Assembly: GCA_963696405.1 (NCBI GenBank)
Contig: CAVOJY010000003.1
Span: 194,407-258,406, forward strand
Reading direction: 5' to 3'
DNA: 64,000 nucleotides
DNA from: an uncultured Chloroflexia bacterium
GTDB lineage: Bacteria; Chloroflexota; Limnocylindria; Limnocylindrales; CSP1-4
Program-made: the position numbers and the translations under genes
The notes under the pieces: generated by a model
The model's input: the letters and a program-made list of their open reading frames with translations, nothing else
Database searches by the model: none
What the model was told of the DNA's origin: nothing
Part shown: positions 11,159 to 19,678 of the stretch, piece by piece
Layout of the letters: every line of letters starts with the position of its first letter
Numbering within the stretch: the first letter of the stretch is position 1

Positions 11159-11191
11159 AATTGGAGCCGGGACCTCGTCCCGGCTCCAATT
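11159..11191. terminator. bidirectional hairpin between convergent genes
   Basis: AATTGGAGCCGGGAC-ctc-GTCCCGGCTCCAATT is a perfect 15-bp stem. It lies between the stop of the + gene (11097) and the stop of gntR (11209). Confidence 0.6.
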
Positions 11192-11208
11192 CGTATGCTC
11201 GGCGCGCC

Positions 11209-12018
11209 TCAGTCGGCTGCCGCGGGTTGGCCGGCCGGCCTGCGCCTGCGGGCCCTCCGTGGCGCCTGTGCGGCCGGTCCGATGTCTCCGCCACCCTCTG
11301 CGGCTCGCAGCGCTTCGAGCGCCTCCCACCGCAGGCTCGCCTGGGAACAGTGAAACGCGGCCGCCTCGCGGGCGGACTTCGCATCGCCCCGGGCAACCGC
11401 TGCGAGGATCGCGGAGTGCTCGCTGTGGCCCGGGAGGGACGTCGACGAGGCCTCCGTGACGGTTCCCATCCAGACGCGGAGGAGCGAGCGCAGGCTGCCA
11501 ACAATTCGGGAAAGGGCGTCGTTGCCCGCGGCCTCCGCGATGCGCGTGTGGAACCGCAGGTCGGCCTCGGTGTGTGCCCTGCGGTCGGCGGCGCCCTCCA
11601 TTTCCGCGAAGATCGCCCGCAGATCCGCGACCGCCGCCTCATCGCGCCGCTCTGCGGCCAGGCCCGCGACGATGGGCTCGATGTAGTAGCGCGCCTCCTC
11701 GATATCATGCCGCTGCTGGGGCGTCAGGAGGACGCCCCAATCGATGACCTGCGGCAGGACGTCCGAGCGCGTGGCGCCCAGGTACGTGCCATCGCCGACT
11801 CGAACCTCCACGACTCCCAGGAGGGCGAACGATTTGAGCGCCTCGCGCACGACGTAGCGCCCGACGCCCAGGGACTCCGCCAGGCGGCGCTCCGGTGGGA
11901 TCCTGTCCCCCGGTCGGAACCGGCCGGAGAGGAGGTAGGCGAGGAGCCGCTGGGTGACCTCGGCGGACACCGGCTCGTGGCGAGAGAAATCGATCGGCTC
12001 GAGATCGGCGGTCACCAT
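11209..12018 (-). CDS. GntR family transcriptional regulator, FadR-like (FCD C-terminal domain)
   Basis: N-terminal wHTH RIPPERRLAESLGVGRYVVREALKSF followed by an all-helical effector domain. Divergent from the SDR gene. Confidence 0.8.
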   Translation of the reverse strand: MVTADLEPIDFSRHEPVSAEVTQRLLAYLLSGRFRPGDRIPPERRLAESLGVGRYVVREALKSFALLGVVEVRVGDGTYLGATRSDVLPQVIDWGVLLTPQQRHDIEEARYYIEPIVAGLAAERRDEAAVADLRAIFAEMEGAADRRAHTEADLRFHTRIAEAAGNDALSRIVGSLRSLLRVWMGTVTEASSTSLPGHSEHSAILAAVARGDAKSAREAAAFHCSQASLRWEALEALRAAEGGGDIGPAAQAPRRARRRRPAGQPAAAD

Positions 12019-12061
12019 GCCTCACGACCTGTCAATGTGGTTGCGGCCTTCTGCCACGGCT

Positions 12062-12107
12062 TTGGCGCCGGGACATGTACGGCCTACAATGGGGCGACCG
12101 GTCGCCC
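12062..12107 (+). promoter_or_regulatory. promoter TTGGCG-17-TACAAT followed by perfect palindrome GGGCGACCGGTCGCCC (12092-12107)
   Basis: -35 at 12062-12067 and -10 at 12085-12090. The palindrome starts 2 nt after the -10. Located in the gntR/SDR divergent intergenic region. Confidence 0.55.
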
Positions 12108-12280
12108 TTCGCAATCATCTGCGCCGACGTCTCCAGTGTCAACGCCCGCAGCACGCAGCAGCGCACCGAGGCATCACCAGGGCGAGATGATCCTGGCGGC
12201 ATTCTAGGCTCGCGGGGTCAGTGCGGATCGCTCTCTGACGTCGGCAGCGGGGCCAGTAGAGCCAAACAGGGAGGTCAGAC

Positions 12281-13000
12281 ATGCAGTTCGAAGGCCTGGA
12301 GGGGCGGGTCGCCGTCGTGACCGGGGCGGCGCGCGGCATCGGGCTTCGCATCGCGGAGATCCTGCGCGATCAGGGCGCCCGGGTGGCGGCGCTCGACATC
12401 AACCAGCCGGAGATCGCGGGGATCGAGGGGATCGTGTGTGACGTCAGCGATCCCGCCGGCGTCTCCCGCGCGTTCGGCGCGGTGCGCGAGAAGCTGGGCC
12501 AGGTCGACGTCCTCGTCATCAATGCGGCGATCTTCAAGGCGGTCGCCTTCGAGGACGTGACGCCCGAGTGGTGGGAGCGATCACTGGCGGTGAACTTCAC
12601 CGGCGCGTTCCTCTGCGCGCGAGAGGTGCTGCCGTCCATGCGAGAGCGCGGCTATGGACGGATCGTGGCCATTGGGTCGGGTGGCGCGAAGACCGGCGGG
12701 GTGCTGCCCACCGGTCCGTACGTTGCCACCAAGGCCGGGATGATGACGCTCACGAAGACCATCGCGATCGAGTACGCGAAGTTCGGCATCACGGCCAACG
12801 TGGTGGCCCCGATCTACATCGAGACCCCCATGCTCACCGCCACCGGCGTCGGCAACGAGGACATCAGGCGGCGCATCCCCGTCGGTCGGCTGGGCACGCC
12901 CGACGATGTGGCCGCGCTGACGGCGTTCCTGTGCTCTTCGCAGGCGGGCTATCTGACCGGCGAGGTCGTGGACCTCAACGGTGGCTTCTTCATCGACTGA
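12281..13000 (+). CDS. short-chain dehydrogenase/reductase (FabG-like)
   Basis: GGGAGG RBS. TGAARGIG cofactor motif, NAAI, and catalytic YVATK (YxxxK). Confidence 0.8.
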   Translation: MQFEGLEGRVAVVTGAARGIGLRIAEILRDQGARVAALDINQPEIAGIEGIVCDVSDPAGVSRAFGAVREKLGQVDVLVINAAIFKAVAFEDVTPEWWERSLAVNFTGAFLCAREVLPSMRERGYGRIVAIGSGGAKTGGVLPTGPYVATKAGMMTLTKTIAIEYAKFGITANVVAPIYIETPMLTATGVGNEDIRRRIPVGRLGTPDDVAALTAFLCSSQAGYLTGEVVDLNGGFFID

Positions 13001-13149
13001 GCCCGGCTGAAGCCCAGGTATCGGACGCGTCCAGCGGCTGTGCAGGTCAAGCTGTGTCCGTGATACCGGGCTTGGGCGTGCGGGCGCCCCCTGCCTGCCG
13101 ACCGGCGTGGCCGGGCCCTGCCGGGGGTGGTCGGCGGTTGCCATCGGCG

Positions 13150-13390
13150 GCGCGGCGCAGTGCCCGCGTGTATTCCTGTCGTACGCAAATCCCCGTGCCG
13201 TTGGCCGCCCCGGCCACGGTCAACACGAGTCTGGGCACCCAGGGTCCGGCTTGGTTTGTCCCGATTTACGCTCGGGCCGGGACATCGGGCCACGGTCGGG
13301 AATGCCTTGTCGGCGGTACAGCCCGATCGCTCCCGGCCAAGGCTACGGGGGCTTGCGTAGGTCAGGGTCGGTCCCCCGCGGTTGGGCAGT
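13150..13390 (+). repeat. copy A of a ~240-nt structured intergenic repeat (partner at 42520-42752)
   Basis: Collinear similarity by eye, e.g. GTCGTACGCAAATCCCCGTG vs GTCGTATGCGAATCCCCGTG and GTCCCGAtttACGCTcGGGCCGGGACATCG vs GTCCCGActcACGCTtGGGCCGGGACATCG. Conserved long-range helix 13180-13199 with 13341-13361. Confidence 0.6.
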
Positions 13391-13512
13391 GCAGGGCCTG
13401 AGTCGGTCGGCGGCGACTTCACCCTCGCCCGGTCCCTCGCCCGTCTTCTCCCTCGGTTCCCTGGCTCCGCCGGGGATGGGCGCGTAACGGAGGTGCGAGC
13501 CAGTACAGTGGC

Positions 13513-13560
13513 TTGACTTCGGCCGCACCGGTTGGTACGGTAGCGGGCGACCGGTCGCCC
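13513..13560 (+). promoter_or_regulatory. promoter TTGACT-17-TACGGT followed by perfect palindrome GGGCGACCGGTCGCCC (13545-13560)
   Basis: -35 at 13513-13518 and -10 at 13536-13541. The palindrome starts 4 nt after the -10, about 75 nt upstream of the E1 alpha ATG. Confidence 0.55.
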
Positions 13561-13633
13561 TATCGACGAAGCGCCGCGGACCCTGCGACCGCGTCCTCGC
13601 GCCCAGCTGCCAGGACGGAACGAGGAGGAGAAC

Positions 13634-14629
13634 ATGACCAGCCCAGCGATCGTGGGAATCGAGGGCCTGTCCCGCGAGCGCCTGCTCGACGCCTACCGCT
13701 CCATGCGGACGATCCGCGTCTTCGAGGACCGCGTCTACCGGGAGAAGCAAACGGGCACGATCGAGGGCTCCTGCCACCTGTACGCGGGTCAGGAGGCGAT
13801 CGGCGTCGGCGTCTGCACTGCCTTGAGGCCCGACGACTACATCGCGGGGACCCATCGCGGACACGGCCATGCGATCGCCAAGGGCTGTGACCTGCGCGGC
13901 ATGTTCGCCGAACTCTTCGGACGGAGCACCGGGCTGTGCCTCGGTCGCGGCGGATCGATGCACATCGCCGACGTGTCGAAGGGCATGCTCGGTGCCAACG
14001 GCATCGTCGGCGCGGCGGCTTCGATCTGCACCGGCGCCGCCCTCAAAGCGAAGGTGTTGGGCACTGGCCAGGTGGCTGTGGCCTTCATCGGAGACGGCGG
14101 CGCGAACCAGGGCACGTTCCTCGAGAGCCTCAGCCTCTCGTCCGTCTGGCGGGTGCCGGTCGTCTTCGTCGTCGAGGACAACATGTACGCCGGGTCGATC
14201 TCAGCGTCGTATCACTTGTGCGACTCCGACGTGTCCAAGCGGGCGGAGGGCTTCTGCATGCCGGGGTCCACGGTCGATGGGTTCGACTTCTTCGCCGTGT
14301 ACCTGAAGACCCGCGAGGCAGTGGAGCGCGCACGGGCCGGCCAGGGTCCCAGCATGATCGAATGCAAGGCGTCCCGCTTCTACGGGCACTTCGTGGGCGA
14401 CCCGCAGCTGTATCGGCCGAAGGAGGAGATCCCCGACCTGCGGGCGAACAAGGACCCGCTCTTGCTGTTCGCGAAGCGTGTGACCGGCGAGGGCGTCATT
14501 CGCCAGGAGGAACTCGACGAGATCGACGCCGACGTGGCCAGGCAGATCGACGATGCGGTTGAGCTCGCGCTGAGGGATCCATACCCGGATCCGTCCACGC
14601 TTGTCGACGGCGTCTACGTCTCCTACTGA
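13634..14629 (+). CDS. TPP-dependent dehydrogenase E1 alpha subunit (acetoin/pyruvate dehydrogenase type)
   Basis: AGGAGGAG RBS. Motifs HRGHGHAIAKG, GIVGAAASICTGAAL and FIGDGGANQG (TPP-binding). Confidence 0.85.
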   Translation: MTSPAIVGIEGLSRERLLDAYRSMRTIRVFEDRVYREKQTGTIEGSCHLYAGQEAIGVGVCTALRPDDYIAGTHRGHGHAIAKGCDLRGMFAELFGRSTGLCLGRGGSMHIADVSKGMLGANGIVGAAASICTGAALKAKVLGTGQVAVAFIGDGGANQGTFLESLSLSSVWRVPVVFVVEDNMYAGSISASYHLCDSDVSKRAEGFCMPGSTVDGFDFFAVYLKTREAVERARAGQGPSMIECKASRFYGHFVGDPQLYRPKEEIPDLRANKDPLLLFAKRVTGEGVIRQEELDEIDADVARQIDDAVELALRDPYPDPSTLVDGVYVSY

Positions 14630-14647
14630 GCAGCGGGGTACGGAGAG

Positions 14648-15673
14648 ATGACCAGGATCCTGAACTTCGCGGACGCGCTCAAGGAGGCGATGATCCAGGA
14701 ACTCCAGCGCGATCCTACGGTGGTCGTATACGGAGAGGACATTGTCGGCGGCACCGGCGGAAGAGGACAGAAAGACGTTCGAGGCGGCACCTTCGGGGTG
14801 ACCAAGGGCTTGTTCACGCTCTTTCCCGACCGGGTCTTCGACACGCCCATCACCGAGGCCGCCATGTTCGGCGCCACGGTGGGGGCTGCGGTCACCGGCC
14901 TGCGCCCGGTCTGCGAGATCATGTTCATCGACTTCTACGGCGCCGGCTTCGACGGCATCATGAACCAGGCAGCCAAGTTCCGGTATATGTTCGGCGGCAC
15001 GGTCAAGGTGCCGCTCGTCTTCCGCGGCCCCTACGGCACCGGCCGTCGCCTCGCTGGCCAGCACTCGCAGTCGCCCTACTCGATCTTCGCTCACCTCCCC
15101 GGGCTCAAGGTCGTCGTGCCCTCGACCCCCTACGAGGCCAAGGGTCTCCTGACGATGGCCATCCGCGACGACGACCCGGTGATGTTCCTCGAACACAAGA
15201 TGATGTTCACGGACAAGGGTGAGGTGCCCGAAGAGCCCTATACCATCCCCTTCAAGCAGGCACGCATCGCGCGCGAGGGCAAGGACGTCACGATCGTGGC
15301 TATCGGGCGCCAGGTCCAGTACGCCGAGAAGGCCGCCGAGACACTGGCCGCGGAGGGGATCGACTGCGAGATCCTCGACCCGCGGACCCTGTCCCCGCTG
15401 GACGAAGAGTCGTTCTTCGCCAGCGTCGCCAAGACCGGCCGCCTGGTGGTGGCCGACGAGGATACGCCGCGGTGCGGCATGGCGAGCGAGTTCGCCGGCC
15501 TCGCGGCACGTTTCTGTCTCAGCGACCTGAAGGCGCCGGTCGAGATCGTGACCGAGCCGCACTCCACGTGCCCGTTCTCCTACGTCCTCGAGGACGCCTT
15601 CACCCCCAGCCCGGAGATGATCGCCGACGCCGTACGCCGCGCGGTCGGCACCAAGCGAGGTGAGTCAGCATGA
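14648..15673 (+). CDS. TPP-dependent dehydrogenase E1 beta subunit
   Basis: Motifs DTPITEAAMFGATVGAA, HSQSPYSIFAHLPGLKVV and RTLSPLD. Stop overlaps the next ATG (ATGA). Confidence 0.85.
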   Translation: MTRILNFADALKEAMIQELQRDPTVVVYGEDIVGGTGGRGQKDVRGGTFGVTKGLFTLFPDRVFDTPITEAAMFGATVGAAVTGLRPVCEIMFIDFYGAGFDGIMNQAAKFRYMFGGTVKVPLVFRGPYGTGRRLAGQHSQSPYSIFAHLPGLKVVVPSTPYEAKGLLTMAIRDDDPVMFLEHKMMFTDKGEVPEEPYTIPFKQARIAREGKDVTIVAIGRQVQYAEKAAETLAAEGIDCEILDPRTLSPLDEESFFASVAKTGRLVVADEDTPRCGMASEFAGLAARFCLSDLKAPVEIVTEPHSTCPFSYVLEDAFTPSPEMIADAVRRAVGTKRGESA

Positions 15674-15987
15674 GCGGCGAGCGCATCCAGCGCGTGAACG
15701 TCCCGGTGTGGGGCGTCCAGATGGAGGCAGGGACGATCACATCCTGGCTCGTCGAGGAAGGGGCGGTGCTCAACTTCGGGGACCCGATCGCCGAGATGGA
15801 GACCGACAAGATCAACGGCGTCGTCGAGGCGTTCGTTGCCGGCGTCCTTCGGAGGAAGATCGCCCAGCCGGGGGATGTGCTGCCCCCGGGCGGCCTGCTC
15901 GGGATCGTCGCGGATCCCGACGTCACCGACGCGGAGATCGACGCGTTCCTGGCGGCCCAGGAGGATACTTCCTCGGCATCGAGCTGA
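15670..15987 (+). CDS. stand-alone lipoyl-attachment domain protein (E2 N-terminal domain only)
   Basis: 105 aa with the lipoyl-lysine context EMETDKINGVVEA. No subunit-binding or acyltransferase domain follows. Translationally coupled to E1 beta. Confidence 0.75.
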   Translation: MSGERIQRVNVPVWGVQMEAGTITSWLVEEGAVLNFGDPIAEMETDKINGVVEAFVAGVLRRKIAQPGDVLPPGGLLGIVADPDVTDAEIDAFLAAQEDTSSASS

Positions 15988-16034
15988 ACTGCTCCGACGG
16001 GGGCGACCACGACACTGCAGTGAGGAGACCGACC

Positions 16035-17114
16035 GTGGTTGGATACCAGGGAATGGAGCAGGAGCGCCGCATCCCGGCCGACTCGCTCCACGCATTCCAT
16101 CGTGACCTGTTCGCGAAGGCGGGCCTGAACGACGAGCACGCCGACCTGATGGCGGAGATCGTCGTCCACACCGACGCGCGCGGCATCTACTCGCATGGCA
16201 GCCAGGCGGTCGCCGGCTACATCGACCGCCTGCTGGTCGGCAAGATCAACCCGAAGGGCCAGCCCCGGATCGAGCGGGAGCAGGGCGCGGTCATCATCGT
16301 CGACGGCGACTGCGCAATGGGCCACATCGCTTCCGTCTACGGGATGCGCGCCGCGATCCACCGCGCCCGCGAGACCGGGATCGCCATGGCCGCGGTGTGC
16401 AACTCGAACCACTGCGGCGCGATGTCCTACTACCCGACGCTCGCCATGGAGGCGGACATGGTCGGGTTCTGCAGCACGAACGCGCTGCCCCCCATGGCCC
16501 CCTGGGGCGGCGTCGACCGGATCGTCGGGATCAACCCGATCGGGGTCGGCATCCCGTCCGGGAAGGAAACCCCGATCCTGCTCGACATCTCATTCGCCAA
16601 CGCCGCCCGCGGCAAGGTGGCCGTGCACTTCCAGAAGGGGCTGCCGCTGCCCGAGGGATGGGCGTTCGACGCCGAGGGGCGTCCGACGACCGATCCGGCC
16701 GAGGGCATGAAGGGCCTTCTCCAGCCGATGGGGGGGCCGAAGGGCGTGGGCCTGGGCCTGGTGACCGGGGTCATCTCCGGCCTCCTCACGAAGGCCGACT
16801 ACGGCACGGAACTCGGCAGCCTGGAGGCGGGCCCCAATCCCGGCCGCGACGGGCAGCTGATGGTGGCCATCGACATCGCCGCCTTCGAGGATGTCGCGCG
16901 CTTCAAGGAGCGGGTGGACATCATCGTCCGCCAGATCCACGAGAGCCGGCCGATGGCGGGCGTCCAGCGGGTCCTCATCCCGGGTGAGCCGGAGATCCTC
17001 GCGGAGCAGAAGTTCCGCAAGGAGGGCATCCCGATCGCCGACGTCGCCCTCAGGGCGCTGGCCGGGGCGGCCGCCAAACTGGGGGTCAGTGCCGACTGGC
17101 TTCCCACAGCCTGA
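16035..17114 (+). CDS. Ldh2 family (malate/L-lactate/ureidoglycolate dehydrogenase type 2) oxidoreductase
   Basis: Blocks ARGIYSHGS, NSNHCGAMSYY and GGPKGVGLGLV. Start is GTG 16035 (GAGGAG 7 nt upstream) or ATG 16053. The upstream part of track ORF 15660 overlaps the lipoyl gene out of frame and is Arg-rich. Confidence 0.75.
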   Translation: MVGYQGMEQERRIPADSLHAFHRDLFAKAGLNDEHADLMAEIVVHTDARGIYSHGSQAVAGYIDRLLVGKINPKGQPRIEREQGAVIIVDGDCAMGHIASVYGMRAAIHRARETGIAMAAVCNSNHCGAMSYYPTLAMEADMVGFCSTNALPPMAPWGGVDRIVGINPIGVGIPSGKETPILLDISFANAARGKVAVHFQKGLPLPEGWAFDAEGRPTTDPAEGMKGLLQPMGGPKGVGLGLVTGVISGLLTKADYGTELGSLEAGPNPGRDGQLMVAIDIAAFEDVARFKERVDIIVRQIHESRPMAGVQRVLIPGEPEILAEQKFRKEGIPIADVALRALAGAAAKLGVSADWLPTA

Positions 17115-17301
17115 ACGAAGGGTCGCGGCCGGCCGGCTTCCTCCCCGGGCGGCCGCGCCGCCGACACGGCTTACGCGTCGCCCTGGTGACGGGTCGGGAG
17201 GAGCGCTGGGGCAGGCCCTGGCGGCAGCGACGACGGGAGCCAGCGCGGCAGTCGCACTCCACGATCGATCCGCCGAACGATCGGCACAGGGAGTATGCCC
17301 C

Positions 17302-18306
17302 ATGACCATTCCGCTACGCCCGCTCGGTCGCAGCGGGCTCCAGATCAGCACCGTCGGCCTGGGCGCGTGGGCCATGGGTGGAGCCGGGTGGCGCAACACG
17401 CGCGGGAACCAGGAGGACGCCGATTCGCGGGCGGTGATCTTCCGTGCCGTCGAGGTCGGGATCAACTGGATCGACACGGCCGCGGTCTACGGCCTCGGCC
17501 ACTCCGAGGAGGTCGTGGCGGAAGCGATCGCCGCCCTTCCGGCCTCCCGTCGGCCGTTCGTCTTCACCAAGGGCGGCCTCACCTGGTCCGCCGAGGACCC
17601 GATGGCGCCCCAGGTCTTCGACTCGCGCCCCGAGACGATCCGGCGGGAGTGCGAGGCGTCGCTCCGCCGCCTCCGCGCCGACCACGTCGACCTCTACCAG
17701 CTCCACTGGCCCGACGAGATCGGGACACCGGTCGAGGACTCGTGGGGCGAGATGGCCCGGCTCCAGGACGAGGGCAAGGTCCGCGCGATCGGCATGTCCA
17801 ACTACCCGGTGGCGCTTCTCGAGCGCTGCGAGAAGGTCCGGCACGTCGACTCCGTCCAGTCCCAGTTCAACATGATCAAGCGCGAAGCTGCCGCGGACAT
17901 CATCCCGTGGTGCGCCGCCCACGGCACCGGAACGATCAACTACCGGCCCGTGATGATCGGCCTCCTGACCGACGGGTTCTCGCCGGACCGAATCGATCGC
18001 TCGAAGCAGGACTGGCGCGACCAGTTCCCGGATTTCGACGAGCCGCGGCTCTCCCGCAACCTTGCGCTGCGCGACGCGCTCCGCCCGATCGCGGATCGCC
18101 ACGGGGTGCCGATCGCGGCCATCGCCGTCGCCTGGGCGATCGCCTGGGCCGGTGTCACCGGCGCCATCGCGGGCGCGCGGACGCCCGGGCAGATCGACGG
18201 GTGGATCGACGGCGCCTCGCTCGAGCTGTCCGACGCCGACCTCGACGTCATCGCCCGTGCGATCGAGACGACGGGGGCGGGCGAGGGGCCGGCCCGACCG
18301 GCGTAG
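17302..18306 (+). CDS. aldo/keto reductase
   Basis: MTIPLRPLGRSGLQISTVGLGAWAMGG N-terminus, plus DLYQLHWPD and GMSNY blocks. The earlier part of the track ORF is not coding-like. Confidence 0.8.
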   Translation: MTIPLRPLGRSGLQISTVGLGAWAMGGAGWRNTRGNQEDADSRAVIFRAVEVGINWIDTAAVYGLGHSEEVVAEAIAALPASRRPFVFTKGGLTWSAEDPMAPQVFDSRPETIRRECEASLRRLRADHVDLYQLHWPDEIGTPVEDSWGEMARLQDEGKVRAIGMSNYPVALLERCEKVRHVDSVQSQFNMIKREAAADIIPWCAAHGTGTINYRPVMIGLLTDGFSPDRIDRSKQDWRDQFPDFDEPRLSRNLALRDALRPIADRHGVPIAAIAVAWAIAWAGVTGAIAGARTPGQIDGWIDGASLELSDADLDVIARAIETTGAGEGPARPA

Positions 18307-18363
18307 CCGGCAGCGCGGTCGTCTGCGAGCGGCCCCGCGGGGAGGGACCACGGCGGACTCGGC

Positions 18364-18869
18364 AGGTCAGCGGCAAGGTTGTCGTCACCACGGGCGCTGG
18401 CACGGGGATCGGGGCGGCCTGCGCCGCCGACCTGGCACGGCAGGCGCACGCGTCGTGCTCGTCGGCCGCCGCGCAGAGTCGCTCGAGGAGCAGGTCGCGG
18501 CGATCGACGCCACCGGGGGCGAGGCGTGGGCCATGCAGGCCGACATGCGCGCATGGGCCGGTGTCGAGTCGGTCGTGGCGCGCACGGTGGAGCGCCACGG
18601 GCACCTGGACATCTTCATCGCGAGAGCGGCAGCGGTCCGGGCACATCGTGATCATGAATTCGGCCTCGGGGCGCATCCACTACGTGGGCCAGCCGGGAGC
18701 CGTGGAGACGCCGCCGCTCCACTCGGTCCCGGGTGTCGACGAGCTGCTCGGTGGCATCGTGCCGCTCGACCCGAGTGATGTCGCGCGGGCGGTTCGCTTC
18801 GTCTTCGAGCAGCCGCCGAACGTCAACGTCTTCGCGGTCCTCCTGCGGCCCACGGCCCAACTGCTGTAG
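18364..18869 (+). pseudogene. decayed SDR gene remnant
   Basis: GKVVVTTGAGTGIGAA with no start codon. It shifts frame to GARVVLVGRRAESLEEQV...HLDIFIA, then shifts back to GHIVIMNSASG...LDPSDVARAVRFVFEQP. The segment that should hold the YxxxK motif is missing. Confidence 0.65.
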
Positions 18870-19061
18870 ACCGCCGGAGGTAGCCCGCAGGTACGGGTCC
18901 CCCGCCCCGGATGGGGGGTTTCCGTGGTCGCCGCCGAACGTACACTTGCCGATGGTGGCGCGTTCTGGCACCATGCCCGGCTCGCCCGGCGCCCCGACCG
19001 GGGCTCCCGGCTCACCGTTGCGAGCTGTACTCATCCGGCCACCAGTACAGGGAGGGACTTC

Positions 19062-19604
19062 ATGACCAGGCGCTTCCGGTTGGGGATGGCGCTCGTTCTC
19101 GCGCTCGGCGTTGTTCTCGCCGGCTGCGGCGGCGGAGGCGGTTCAACCTCCGATCCGGCATCTACCGTGAAAGCCGTCGCCGACGCAATGCAGGCGAAGC
19201 AGTGGGACAAGATCGCCGACTACGCCTGCGCCGACCAGAAGGACGAAATCTCGAAGCAGTTCAACTTCGCCGAGTCCCTCGGCGGTTCGATGCCGGGCGT
19301 CGACGTCAAGAAGTTCAGCGACGCTCTCAACATCAAGTTCTCGAACCTCGAGGTCAAGGAGGAGAGCCGGACCGGCGACAAGGCCGTGGTCTCCATGAAG
19401 GGCAAGCTCGACGTCACCATCGAGCCGGGGATGCTTAAGGACCTCGTTCGCGAGGCGATGAAAGCCTCTGGCCAGGCTGACGTGACGGACGAGATGCTCG
19501 AGCTGGCCCTGGGCACCATGGGCGACCAGTTCAACTTCAGCCAGGACATGGACGAGAAGGTCAACGTCGTCAACGAGGGCGGCAAGTGGCTCATGTGCGA
19601 GTGA
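19062..19604 (+). CDS. lipoprotein, unknown function
   Basis: GGAGGGA RBS. MTRRFRLGMALVLALGVVLAGCGGG carries the lipobox LAGC. Confidence 0.7.
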   Translation: MTRRFRLGMALVLALGVVLAGCGGGGGSTSDPASTVKAVADAMQAKQWDKIADYACADQKDEISKQFNFAESLGGSMPGVDVKKFSDALNIKFSNLEVKEESRTGDKAVVSMKGKLDVTIEPGMLKDLVREAMKASGQADVTDEMLELALGTMGDQFNFSQDMDEKVNVVNEGGKWLMCE

Positions 19605-19678
19605 GTCGCTGAAAGCTGCTTGCGCGCGCCGGGGGCGGGCGGGGTTCTCCCGTACGCCCCGGCCCATGTCCGGCGCCG

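Noticed and set aside
8350-11160. 936-aa ORF antisense to the aminotransferase and amine-dehydrogenase genes. Similar long antisense ORFs occur at 432-2294, 4253-7330, 14201-15562, 19220-20791, 23220-24905, 25026-27428, 44644-46260, 46790-48247, 59727-61826, 61258-63009 and 62636-63967.
   Set aside because: Stop codons are rare in this GC-rich DNA, so such ORFs arise by chance. The translations are Arg/Gly/Pro/Asp-rich and low-complexity with no recognisable motifs. The opposite strand carries clearly conserved genes with RBSs.
13290-13350. Possible cobalamin riboswitch core in the intergenic repeat (GGGAATGCC...GGCGG...CCCGGCCAAGG; in copy B GGGAGCCGGCGG...CCCGGCCACGG).
   Set aside because: The resemblance to GGGAA..GGTG..CCCGCCACTG is only loose. 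The conserved GCCACTG box is absent, and the genomic context (PDH-type E1, gpmA) does not fit B12 regulation.
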